50,021 nt of DNA from a virus (taxonomy: Duplodnaviria; Caudoviricetes): positions 1-50,021 of the IMG/VR virus record IMGVR_UViG_3300020202_000016; one strand, written 5' to 3'. Positions 1 through 8,285 of the stretch are shown here, piece after piece (position 1 is the first letter of the stretch; the number at the start of each line of letters is the position of its first letter). The translations under genes and the position numbers were made by a program. The notes under the pieces are model-generated. The model saw only the letters and a list, made by a program, of their open reading frames with translations. It was not told where the DNA came from and did no database searches.

Positions 1-127
1 AACGGCCACGAGCCGCCGACCATGTAAAATTTTTAAGATCGAACTCACCGAATGCCATAGCAGTCCAATACACGCCAGGAGAGCTCCATACATCAGTCCC
101 GTTGTGGCGCTTCGATATTTGCTCAAC
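1..127. repeat. Terminal direct repeat (identical to 49895-50021); circular contig overlap
   Basis: Exact 127-bp identity between both ends; a reading frame continues across the join. Confidence 0.95.
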
Positions 128-415
128 GGCCTCGTGAAACGCCGCCTCAGCCGTCACCGGAGAGCGGCACAAATCCCGAAACTCTGGCAGCGTTGGCGGG
201 AACTTTCCGCAAGCAGCTAAACCAGCGCGGATTTCGTTGACGGTTAGACCTTTGAGGCCGTCAGCCCAGATGTGCTTAACCCGCAATGGGGAAACGTTCG
301 TGCCATCCCATTGCGCAACGAATTTCGAACCATAACGCGCAGTCAATTCGTCGAAAAGCCACTCGATATGCGACTTTTCAGACCCAACTCGAGTTTGCGT
401 CGATTGTGTTTGCAT
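1..415 (-). CDS. Replication protein P-like (helicase loader), N-terminal part; continues across the join to 49725 (194 aa in total)
   Basis: ATG at 415: MQTQST..IEWLFDELTARYGSKFVAQW..KFPPTLPEFRDLCR; 585 nt in frame through the join; directly follows the O-like gene. Confidence 0.7.
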   Translation of the reverse strand, partial: MQTQSTQTRVGSEKSHIEWLFDELTARYGSKFVAQWDGTNVSPLRVKHIWADGLKGLTVNEIRAGLAACGKFPPTLPEFRDLCRSPVTAEAAFHEAVEQISKRHNGTDVWSSPGVYWTAMAFGEFDLKNFTWSAARGR

Positions 416-1121
416 CACGATTCCCCCCCGTCAACTCGTTCAAAAACTCAGTTCGCTTGCGGTCTCGATCCGACGAAGAATTCGAGACCGATACCATCGG
501 AACATCCTCCCAACCACGCGCATTCAGCCACGTTGCCGGGTGCGGGATGTACTTCTCCTGCTGCCAGTCAGCCGAAGTCTTGGCCCGCTCAATGGCAGCA
601 AGGATTTGCCGCAAGAGCTGCTCGTTCGGCCTGATTTTGGCAAAAGCCTTCTCTGCGTTCCCCTTCGATTTTTTTCGAGGGTAGGCTCGCCAGAAATTTT
701 CGAACCAGTGATGGTTAACTGATGGTTCAATTGATGGTTCATTGATGGTTATGGGTGCACCTCCTGCACCACTGTGGTGCGCCACGTGCACGGGTGGGGG
801 TGCATCTTCTGCACCACTGTGGTGCGGTAGATGCACTAGTGCATCTACCGCACTGGTGCGCCACGTGCACGGGTTTGTGATCTGATAAACAGTGCTTCTT
901 CCAGCTCGAATTTCATCTTTTATTAAAAAACCGGCCGCCTCAAGTTCACTAATTGCCTGAAATATAGATCGCCGGCTAAGAGAGCACTTTTCTTCCAACG
1001 TTTTTACCGACGGATAGCATTGGCCTTGATCGTTAGCGTTATCGCAGAGCGCGAGCAATACCAACTTGCGCACAGATGCAAGTTTAGTATCCCACGCTGC
1101 TGTCATTAATTTAACGCTCAC
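378..1121 (-). CDS. Phage replication initiator (O-like; N-terminal HTH)
   Basis: KLVLLALCDNANDQGQCYPS HTH N-terminus; FENFWRAYPRKKSK and YIPHPATWLN C-terminal motifs; internal iterons. Confidence 0.85.
   Translation of the reverse strand: MSVKLMTAAWDTKLASVRKLVLLALCDNANDQGQCYPSVKTLEEKCSLSRRSIFQAISELEAAGFLIKDEIRAGRSTVYQITNPCTWRTSAVDALVHLPHHSGAEDAPPPVHVAHHSGAGGAPITINEPSIEPSVNHHWFENFWRAYPRKKSKGNAEKAFAKIRPNEQLLRQILAAIERAKTSADWQQEKYIPHPATWLNARGWEDVPMVSVSNSSSDRDRKRTEFLNELTGGNRDANTIDANSSWV
709..871. repeat. Probable replication origin: six 17-bp palindromic iterons plus four TGATGGTT repeats
   Basis: RGTGCR-N5-YGCACN at 754, 776, 799, 821, 838 and 855; TGATGGTT x4 at 709-750; AT-rich tract at ~905-930. 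Confidence 0.75.
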
Positions 1122-1387
1122 TCATCTACTCCGATATCTTTCTGGATAATCTTTCAAATCGCTTAACAAGCTAATCCGAATGCCCTCTAACGATTTTCCA
1201 CGCCACACTTCCTGGCGTAAACGCCCACAGAATAATTATTGGGAACAAACATAAGCAAACAATAGGATAAAAGAGCCCTCCCACAGCAAGCCGCAGAAAG
1301 TACATGAAAACATAAGCAACCCAATCCACATCAATGCTCCCTATAAAACTCTTCCTGTTAATTTAGCCAAAAATCAGGAAAATCTAC

Positions 1388-1693
1388 TTATTTCACACCG
1401 ATTAATTTCTGCTGCCACAATAGAAGTAATGTTCTATCGCGCGCATAATCCATATACTCGATCTTCTCGTCTCGGCTCAATCGAGTACCCTGATCGATCT
1501 CGCGATGACATGCGGAACACCCGAACGCACCGAAGCAGTCGTGCGCCTTAATCCCCATTCCTTTACCATGAATTGCTTGGTTAGAATGACACCAAACGGT
1601 CGTTTCCGGGTTGCGATTGCATACACCAGAAATGCGTAGCTGACATTCCAGACCTTTGGCAGATTGAGTGAGTTTTTTATTACGGAAATTCAT
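1388..1693 (-). CDS. DUF1364/YbcO-like nin-region Zn/nuclease-like protein
   Basis: CQLRISGVC..ETTVWCH..GMGIKAHD..CSACH motif. Confidence 0.8.
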   Translation of the reverse strand: MNFRNKKLTQSAKGLECQLRISGVCNRNPETTVWCHSNQAIHGKGMGIKAHDCFGAFGCSACHREIDQGTRLSRDEKIEYMDYARDRTLLLLWQQKLIGVK

Positions 1694-1890
1694 TGGTAGT
1701 AACTTTTTAGTTCACGATAAATAGCATTGAGCTTGTCCACATCAGGCCGCTTAGATTCTGCTACCTTTATTGCCCTCAAAGCGCATTCCTTAAATTGTTT
1801 AACAGTTTGGATATACGTGCAATTGGCGACAGAAATCGGCACTCGATGAGCCAACTCTAAAACTAATTTTTGAAGCTGCTCAACCCTCAA
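1690..1890 (-). CDS. Hypothetical phage protein
   Basis: Overlapping start/stop with its neighbours. Confidence 0.55.
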   Translation of the reverse strand: MRVEQLQKLVLELAHRVPISVANCTYIQTVKQFKECALRAIKVAESKRPDVDKLNAIYRELKSYYQ

Positions 1891-2245
1891 AATTCACCCC
1901 TCTATCGGCTCCAAATGCGTAAATTAATTCAGTCAAATCAGATAACAATTTCTTACTCATTCGACTGGTTCGTTGCCCACAAATGACTGCTTCTCCGTCA
2001 ATTCCTGGTATGATTTTTGCTTTTACTAAACTTGCGGTAAATACGTCTTTCCACTCTTCCGATGAGAGCTTATTTCCATACCAATCGACTTGCTGCGAGA
2101 CTTGCTCTAATAATTTCCAGAGCAATGCGTTTTGTTTGAGGCTACGGGTTGGTTCTTTGATTTGGACTACGTAACCCAAGGGGGTAAAACGAATAGCGGT
2201 GATTGCATTCGTTCGGACTTGATCGTTTTCGATGACATAGATCAT
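1880..2245 (-). CDS. ninB: NinB/Orf recombination protein
   Basis: RSLKQNALLW..EEWKDVF..RTSRMSK..LIYAFGA motifs. Confidence 0.85.
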   Translation of the reverse strand: MIYVIENDQVRTNAITAIRFTPLGYVVQIKEPTRSLKQNALLWKLLEQVSQQVDWYGNKLSSEEWKDVFTASLVKAKIIPGIDGEAVICGQRTSRMSKKLLSDLTELIYAFGADRGVNFEG

Positions 2246-2475
2246 TTCTCCAATCCTGCATAGACGAAATCAGCATAAATTGATTCGCGTTCGCAATTTT
2301 TGTTGTAGATACCGATTAGCACATGTGATCGATCTTTACGGATTCCGTGCGGGGTAAAGCAAAATGAACCGTCCTGCGCATCGTATACAGATAGGGTTCC
2401 GTACTTTTGTAGCGCGCGTAGCAGCGTACCGGCCGCCTTAGACGCGGATTTTGCAGTTGTGCGCAGGCGTATCAT
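2242..2475 (-). CDS. Hypothetical phage protein
   Basis: ORF coupled to ninB. Confidence 0.55.
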   Translation of the reverse strand: MIRLRTTAKSASKAAGTLLRALQKYGTLSVYDAQDGSFCFTPHGIRKDRSHVLIGIYNKNCERESIYADFVYAGLEK

Positions 2476-2507
2476 TTTTCCAATCCGTAAGCTATCTGTA
2501 AGTGACT

Positions 2508-2702
2508 CTATGGTTTAATGCGGTTTTTCAGGCACGTATAGAGCCGCAAAACTTTCAAAAATCCGGGATCGGCGGTTTCTCTATATGCGATTTTTCGCAA
2601 TGTACCGAGCCGGACTCCAGATTTTTTTGCAATGCAATCCCACTCACTCCTTGGAATAGCAATAAGCCCGTCGATGACGGTATCCAATATGTTAGTTTTC
2701 AT
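2508..2702 (-). CDS. cro: Cro-like repressor (probably leaderless)
   Basis: HTH IAKKSGVRLGTLRKIA..DPG; divergent from cI; ATG at 2702 lies at the predicted pR start. Confidence 0.7.
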   Translation of the reverse strand: MKTNILDTVIDGLIAIPRSEWDCIAKKSGVRLGTLRKIAYRETADPGFLKVLRLYTCLKNRIKP

Positions 2703-2709
2703 CGACAGA

Positions 2710-2751
2710 ATTCTCTTCTCATTTATTAGATATGTCAACTCACAAATTAGA
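2710..2751 (-). promoter_or_regulatory. pR promoter with two OR operators
   Basis: TTGACA(2738-2733)-N17-GAGAAT; CTCA-N3-ATTAGA at 2718 and 2739, 21-bp period. Confidence 0.7.
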
Positions 2752-2776
2752 TGTATTTTGCGACATCATGCTAAGT

Positions 2777-3247
2777 ATGAGCGTTAAAGATATACTTGCT
2801 GCGAATCTAAAAAAGCTGATGGATTCAGACGCCCGGTTGCGCACATGCGACGCGGTGGGTCAACGTTCCGGCGTGAGTCGCAGTACTATTAATAGAGTAA
2901 CCCGGGGTTCTGGTGGTGTTTCGGTCGATCACGCCGAAGAGATCGCACAAGCATTTAAGTTAGAATTATGGCAACTACTATCACCAAATCTTGATCCGCA
3001 AGCACCCCCCGTGCTGAGCACGGGAGATCAAAATGTAATGCGACTTGCGCGCATTATCGCGAGTTTGGACGAATCGCAACAAGCGCAGGTAATTGGATTT
3101 GTTTCGGGGGTTAAGGTAAACCAGGGGTTGCGCCCAAATATAGCTATAGATGATAATTCGACGATTCAGCAATCATTGATAAGTGATCGGAGCGAGCGTG
3201 GGGGAGCTGGTTTACTTTGCGAGGCAAAGGCCCGTAAAGCGGGATGA
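2777..3247 (+). CDS. cI: CI-like XRE repressor with no S24 protease domain (start may be 2732, 2768 or 2777)
   Basis: ILAANLKKLM..SGVSRSTINRV..IAQAFKLELWQLL HTH; divergent from cro. Confidence 0.75.
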   Translation: MSVKDILAANLKKLMDSDARLRTCDAVGQRSGVSRSTINRVTRGSGGVSVDHAEEIAQAFKLELWQLLSPNLDPQAPPVLSTGDQNVMRLARIIASLDESQQAQVIGFVSGVKVNQGLRPNIAIDDNSTIQQSLISDRSERGGAGLLCEAKARKAG

Positions 3248-3446
3248 AAGCATAAGAAAGCTACTACAAGAACTGTTAAATTCTAACGAAGAACTTACAG
3301 AATTGATTTTCCGTGCCAACGGTCGCACGGGCATCGCAGGAACTTATACTGAAAAACCGCAGCTTGCAGTGCAGCATGCTATCGAAATGGCAAGCGATAT
3401 ACAGCACTGGGCGACGGAAACACACCGCCAAATCGTCACAAACTAA
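3244..3446 (+). CDS. Hypothetical protein in immunity region (start uncertain; ORF 3183-3446)
   Basis: Open frame between cI and the second HTH gene. Confidence 0.3.
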
Positions 3447-3652
3447 CGCAGCAGCTCGCACGGACTTACTTTCAACGCATCTGCGAGTGCGAATAGCGTA
3501 CTCAACTTAATGTCCGTCTCTAGACGCAATATCCGCCCTACCGTGCGCTGGTCTACCAAGCCGTGCGATGCGCGCGCGACATGTGATTGCGTATAACCAC
3601 GATCCATCATTAGCTGCCGCAAATTTTTTGAAACTACATCTGTTCCCCTCAT
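3443..3652 (-). CDS. Small XRE HTH protein
   Basis: NLRQLM..YTQSHVA..RTVGRI..LSTLFALADALKVSPCELL. Confidence 0.8.
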   Translation of the reverse strand: MRGTDVVSKNLRQLMMDRGYTQSHVARASHGLVDQRTVGRILRLETDIKLSTLFALADALKVSPCELLR

Positions 3653-3725
3653 TCCCCCATCTTGCCCGGCAGTGCTGGGAATGTGTGCCTAGTTTGATAG
3701 GTGTATTTCCTCATTATAGAAATAT

Positions 3726-3766
3726 CTCAAATATTAGTTGACATATCTCAAATATTAGATTATATT
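3726..3766 (+). promoter_or_regulatory. pL promoter with two OL operators
   Basis: TTGACA(3738)-N17-TATATT(3761); CTCAAATATTAG at 3726 and 3747, matching the OR consensus. Confidence 0.8.
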
Positions 3767-3773
3767 TCATATA

Positions 3774-3886
3774 TGGTCACTCATGACCTACATATACCCC
3801 GGCGCGCTGCGGTGAGAGCCACGGCACGAGACACCCGCAAGGGCCAGTGCGCTGTAGACAGGAATCAGAGATAAGTGTCACGGGGT
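3774..3886 (+). ncRNA. Candidate structured pL leader RNA
   Basis: Nested helices ACCCCG/CGGGGT, GCGCGCTG/CAGTGCGC and GACA/TGTC; GNRA-capped hairpins. Confidence 0.45.
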
Positions 3887-3908
3887 CGGGCTAACAGGGA
3901 GGAACATC

Positions 3909-4073
3909 ATGTTTAAGCCTGAAATGAAGTACTGGGACTGGTACAACGCGATTGTAATATTCAGGCAACTTAAAGAGCTTGGAATCCTGCACGAAAAAGA
4001 ACTACAGGACTTTCGCAGGCGCGCTGAGAGAGATTTTATTTTTCGAGCTAAGACTGAACAGTCGAAGCGTTAA
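3909..4073 (+). CDS. Small early protein (54 aa, MFKPEMKYWDWYN...)
   Basis: GGAGG RBS; first ORF after pL. Confidence 0.55.
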   Translation: MFKPEMKYWDWYNAIVIFRQLKELGILHEKELQDFRRRAERDFIFRAKTEQSKR

Positions 4074-4082
4074 GGGGGGGGC

Positions 4083-4262
4083 ATGTCAGAGACGGCAAAT
4101 GTGTTTTCGAAAGAAAACCAAACGGTTAAAGAAGCAATTCAGAGCAAGGTCGAATACCTGCATCAAGAAATTGAAAACTTAACTAAGAAATCCACTTATT
4201 TAGATAAAGAAATACTAGAAATGAAGCTGAGTGAATTTAAGCATTTTTGTTTCAGCTTTTGA
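4083..4262 (+). CDS. Small coiled-coil protein (59 aa, MSETANVF...)
   Basis: G-rich RBS; open frame. Confidence 0.5.
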   Translation: MSETANVFSKENQTVKEAIQSKVEYLHQEIENLTKKSTYLDKEILEMKLSEFKHFCFSF

Positions 4263-4264
4263 TT

Positions 4265-4445
4265 TCGCAAACACAAAGCGGGAGATGTGGAAGTAGACAC
4301 ATGACTATCGTCAATAGCGCACTGAATGATAGGGCCCGAAACCGCTCGTAGACGTACGTGAGACCGAAAGAGACGACATAACGCGAACAATGTCAGCGTC
4401 GGTAAGGAAGCTGGAGTTACGAACAGCCCCGCCCTGTGTTTGTGA
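4265..4445 (+). ncRNA. Candidate ~180-nt multi-hairpin ncRNA
   Basis: Closing helices CGCAAACACA/TGTGTTTGTG and GCGGG/CCCGC around several hairpins; intergenic. Confidence 0.5.
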
Positions 4446-4465
4446 GTTTTTACGAAAGGATTGAC

Positions 4466-4756
4466 ATGCTTGCAGTTAAATACCAGCACACCGAGTATCA
4501 AACAGACCCGGAAGAATCTCTGGTTGAAGCGCTTATTCGCGAAGAAAAAAACGTGCGTCTTGAGGTTGTCAATGATCCTTTGTGTTTTATTGGAACGCAC
4601 ATAGACGCGCCGCCGTTTTTAGCAAAAATATTCGAAAACTTCGTACATCTGCGACAAGACCCTATCAATTTTGGAAATTGGGTCTACGGATTAATAAACT
4701 CAGAAATAGGAAAAGTAGCGAAGCATTACGAAACTAACAGGGAGAGATTTGTATGA
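4466..4756 (+). CDS. Hypothetical phage protein
   Basis: AAGGA RBS before MLAVKYQ. Confidence 0.6.
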   Translation: MLAVKYQHTEYQTDPEESLVEALIREEKNVRLEVVNDPLCFIGTHIDAPPFLAKIFENFVHLRQDPINFGNWVYGLINSEIGKVAKHYETNRERFV

Positions 4757-5000
4757 AGATCGCAGCTTATGTACTCGCTTTATGTGTTTTATATGGAATC
4801 CTTGGAAACGAGGATTACGCAGATGAACAAACCACGCAACTCGCAGTCGCCGACTACGTAAAAAACTATCAAAACAATGATATTTGGTTGGCAAAAAATG
4901 ATTGACGATGGCCCGGATTATCGTCAACAAGAATGGCTAGAAGAATTGGAATTTGAAGAGGCGCACCGCTCACCGGGTGTATTAAATGAGGAGATAGAAA

Positions 5001-5627
5001 ATGGGTCTGATCGCAATGGAAACAAAAAGCAATTTCAAACAAGTACCGCAAGGGGTACATTTAGCCCGATGCTATCGGGTGATTGATCTTGGTACGCAAA
5101 TCGAAAATTACAAAGACGAAAAAAAAGCAGCGCGCAAAATTATGATCTCATGGGAGCTCTTTGGTGAAGCGGAAGATGGCTCACCACTAACGACCGATGA
5201 CGGTCTTCCATTAAGCGTAAGTAAACGCTATACGCTATCACTAAATGATAAAGCAATTCTTCGTGCAGATTTGCAATCATGGCGCGGAAAAAACTTCACG
5301 CCAGATGAGCTAAAAGGCTTTAACGTTATAAATGTAATTGATGCGTATTGTATGGTGAATGTCATACATAAAGAAAGCGGTGAAAAAACCTATGTGAACG
5401 TAGTCGGAATTACGCCGCTTCCAACTGCTTTGCGAAATAACAAGCCAATACCAGTAAACGCAAATCAAATTTTTGATGTTGATAATCCGGATATGGATGT
5501 GTTCGCCTTGTTCCACGAGCACTTACAAAAAACTATCGAAGGATGTGCTGAATGGCAATCCACAAGCATATCACCATCTCCTTTGACTTGCGAAGATGCG
5601 TATAGCAATATTGATAATCCATTCTAA
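5001..5627 (+). CDS. NGO0469-like phage replication/ssDNA-binding-type protein
   Basis: ARCYRVIDLGTQ..SKRYTLSL..LRADLQSWRG motifs; acidic DNPF tail. Confidence 0.7.
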   Translation: MGLIAMETKSNFKQVPQGVHLARCYRVIDLGTQIENYKDEKKAARKIMISWELFGEAEDGSPLTTDDGLPLSVSKRYTLSLNDKAILRADLQSWRGKNFTPDELKGFNVINVIDAYCMVNVIHKESGEKTYVNVVGITPLPTALRNNKPIPVNANQIFDVDNPDMDVFALFHEHLQKTIEGCAEWQSTSISPSPLTCEDAYSNIDNPF

Positions 5628-5629
5628 CT

Positions 5630-6124
5630 ATGAACCTATTCGAAATCGCCGAAGAATACCGCTACGCCGCTAGCAAACTTGTTGATCTTGAGATTGATGA
5701 ACAAACGGTTACGGATACGCTCGAAAGTGTGTCTGGCGATCTGGTTGAAAAAGGCAAGAACATCGCATTTGTAATTCGCAATTTGGAATCGGCTTCTGAC
5801 CAAATTACCGATGCTATCGCGGCAATGAAGAAACGCAGCGATAGCATGAGAAAGCGAGCAGACCGTATGCGTGAATTCTTACTTGCTGGAATGTCACACG
5901 CAGGTATCAAAGAAATCACCTGTCCATTTTTTACTATCCGATCACGCCAAAACCCTGAGTCTGTCGATGTTTACGAAGAAGCACTTATCCCACGTGAGTT
6001 TTATACCGACCCAAAGCCTCCTGAGCCAACTGTCGATAAAAATCTTATCAAGAAAGCTATCAAGGATGGTTATGAGGTTCCAGGAGTTAAGTTGGTTAAG
6101 AAAGCAAGACTGGAGATCAAATAA
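5630..6124 (+). CDS. Siphovirus Gp157-family protein
   Basis: Coiled-coil N-terminus; C-terminal IPREF..VDKNLIKKAIKDGYEVPGVKL. Confidence 0.85.
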   Translation: MNLFEIAEEYRYAASKLVDLEIDEQTVTDTLESVSGDLVEKGKNIAFVIRNLESASDQITDAIAAMKKRSDSMRKRADRMREFLLAGMSHAGIKEITCPFFTIRSRQNPESVDVYEEALIPREFYTDPKPPEPTVDKNLIKKAIKDGYEVPGVKLVKKARLEIK

Positions 6125-6387
6125 TGGAACCAATGAAAGAATTTTATCCGGTCGAACTCAAATCTAAACCCAACGACGGCGGAAGCGCATTCCCGTACAA
6201 GTTAATAGACCCACAACAACCGGGTGCAGAATATTACTCAAGCGGAATGTCGCTGCGTGCTTACCTTGCAGCGAAAGCTATGCAAGGAATCTTATCCAAA
6301 AATTCTGGGTTGGAGGAAATGGATATTGTCGTAGCTATGGAATCGATTAAATACGCCGACGCACTCATAGCGGCACTTGAATCATGA
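6124..6387 (+). CDS. Conserved small phage protein
   Basis: GGSAFP..GMSLRAYLAAKAMQG..YADALI motif. Confidence 0.75.
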   Translation: MEPMKEFYPVELKSKPNDGGSAFPYKLIDPQQPGAEYYSSGMSLRAYLAAKAMQGILSKNSGLEEMDIVVAMESIKYADALIAALES

Positions 6388-6680
6388 ATCATTCTCCTGG
6401 GCCATGGACGCTTACCAAAAGGAGTCCTCCTATATTCAACAGTTTCGAAATTGTTGACGCAAATAACTTCGGACTTATCAAAGAATGCCTTGATAATTTT
6501 TACACTGATTTAGATGATGGTGACTGGAAACTAATCGCAGCAGCCCCAGAACTTCTTTCCTCGCTCAAAACACTGCTAGAAACCCTCAAAGAAAACTGTG
6601 TAGTAGGAGCAAACGTATTGGATGCAATTGGTAATGCAAATTTAGTGATACGAAAGGCTGAGCATGGTTGCAATGAATGA
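6384..6680 (+). CDS. Conserved small phage protein
   Basis: HSPGPW..LIAAAPELL motif. Confidence 0.75.
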   Translation: MNHSPGPWTLTKRSPPIFNSFEIVDANNFGLIKECLDNFYTDLDDGDWKLIAAAPELLSSLKTLLETLKENCVVGANVLDAIGNANLVIRKAEHGCNE

Positions 6681-6827
6681 TTCCCGGGTTCTTTCTTACG
6701 AAGAAAAACCTACTCTCGATGAAATTGCTAAATTTCTTCATACGTGTGGCGCGCCTGAATTTGCTTGGGTTGTTGAAGAAGCCATTCAGATGTTGGCCGA
6801 TAAAAAAGCAGCTTGATCGGAGATCGT

Positions 6828-7094
6828 ATGCCATTTACTGAAGAAGACTATACACCTTGGTTTGGTGTTAAAAAACTTCCTGAACGTATCGGAATTTACA
6901 AAGTTAAATATCTAACATTAAGCGGGAAAGGCCCTTATCTTGGGCTTTCACGATATATCGGAGGATGGGGTTTAATTGAAAACTCCAGCGTGTGCGGTTC
7001 ATTTACTCACCGCTTCGAAGGAAAAGTTATAGGATGGCGCGGCATAACCGAGTCAGCTTACTACAATGAACTCAAAAGGCAAATCCATGAATGA
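6828..7094 (+). CDS. Hypothetical phage protein (TPWF..P.R.G.Y..WRG family)
   Basis: GGAG RBS; motif shared with 49076-49312. Confidence 0.65.
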   Translation: MPFTEEDYTPWFGVKKLPERIGIYKVKYLTLSGKGPYLGLSRYIGGWGLIENSSVCGSFTHRFEGKVIGWRGITESAYYNELKRQIHE

Positions 7095-7503
7095 GCAAAC
7101 ACTCGATTCAGTGACAGATAACCAAAGAGAAGGCATCGATGTGTTTAAGGAATACATCGAATCTATATGGCCTATCGCCACGCTCACCAATCGTATAAAA
7201 AACGAATGGAAACCATTATTTATGGATGGAGATAGTCAAAAAATGATTTTTAGTAAGGATGAGATTTGTAGGGTGCCATATTATGTTATTACCTTTCTTA
7301 GCGGACATTACCACACGAAATATATTTATATGATAAAGAAAGCGGCTGAAATGTGCGGTCTTGACGAATGGCATTGGCCCCTCAGAAAACAGCGAGATTG
7401 TCCAGAATATAATGAGCGCCCAAAACCGCAATCAAACTGGCTTTTCCCTGACTGGGAAATGTTTTTTATTGATGAACGGTTGGTACCGTGGGGGCTAAGA
7501 TGA
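7087..7503 (+). CDS. Hypothetical phage protein
   Basis: ORF within the operon. Confidence 0.6.
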   Translation: MNEQTLDSVTDNQREGIDVFKEYIESIWPIATLTNRIKNEWKPLFMDGDSQKMIFSKDEICRVPYYVITFLSGHYHTKYIYMIKKAAEMCGLDEWHWPLRKQRDCPEYNERPKPQSNWLFPDWEMFFIDERLVPWGLR

Positions 7504-7616
7504 ATGAGCTTACTGAATGGTTTCCGATGGATATAGACCCCGTGCGCGCGCGTAAAAATGCGAGCCGAAGCGGATGGAAAGCGCGCTGCTATCGACGCAG
7601 CTATGCGGGGTGAGGA

Positions 7617-8120
7617 ATGATTGAGCGTTTCATAACATTCACCGACGAAATGGCACGGGCGATTCTAGATGGGCAGAAAACGCAGACGCGGCGAATCATT
7701 AACAGTCAGCCAGACAAATCATTGATAGGCGCAGCCTGTCTTGTGACCGAAGTCAATCATAGCTCCTGGTGCTGGATAAACGGGTACGACGGCAGTGTTG
7801 CTGAAGAGATAGGCGGCTCTGGTATTTGTCCATACGGGCGCATCGGAGATCGGTTAATAGTAGAACCAAACAATGCCAAATGCATCACGCTCGAAATAAC
7901 CGATGTGCGTGTTGAGCGGCTGCAGGATATTAGCGAAAAGGATGCTCGCGCAGAGGGAATTGACGGTCACAGTCAAGCGCTCATCGGAACCTGTCGCGGA
8001 AATTTCTTAAGACTTTGGGAATCAATCTATGACGCTGGCATCTGCAATGCTAATCCATGGGTATGGGTAATTTCTTTTAAGAGAGCGGAGGAAAGAAGTA
8101 AGCAAATAAACATCAAGTAG
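7617..8120 (+). CDS. ASCH/PUA-like domain phage protein
   Basis: MARAILDGQKTQTRR..LEITDVRVERLQDISEKDARAEG..NPWVWVISF. Confidence 0.8.
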   Translation: MIERFITFTDEMARAILDGQKTQTRRIINSQPDKSLIGAACLVTEVNHSSWCWINGYDGSVAEEIGGSGICPYGRIGDRLIVEPNNAKCITLEITDVRVERLQDISEKDARAEGIDGHSQALIGTCRGNFLRLWESIYDAGICNANPWVWVISFKRAEERSKQINIK

Positions 8121-8285
8121 CGGTATCGGATTTTGCGGTCTGCTTACCATTGCATTAATCGTATTAAAACTGTGTAACGTCATCACATGGTCTTGGTGGT
8201 GGATAACCGCGCCGATATGGTTGCCACTGCTTGTTTTCGGAATTGCTATCTTGGTGTTTTTTAGTATTTTTTATTGGATTGACAA

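Noticed and set aside
4265-4445. tmRNA or hammerhead ribozyme
   Set aside because: Too short for tmRNA, with no canonical T-loop, CCA or tag ORF; no complete CUGANGA/GAAA hammerhead core found
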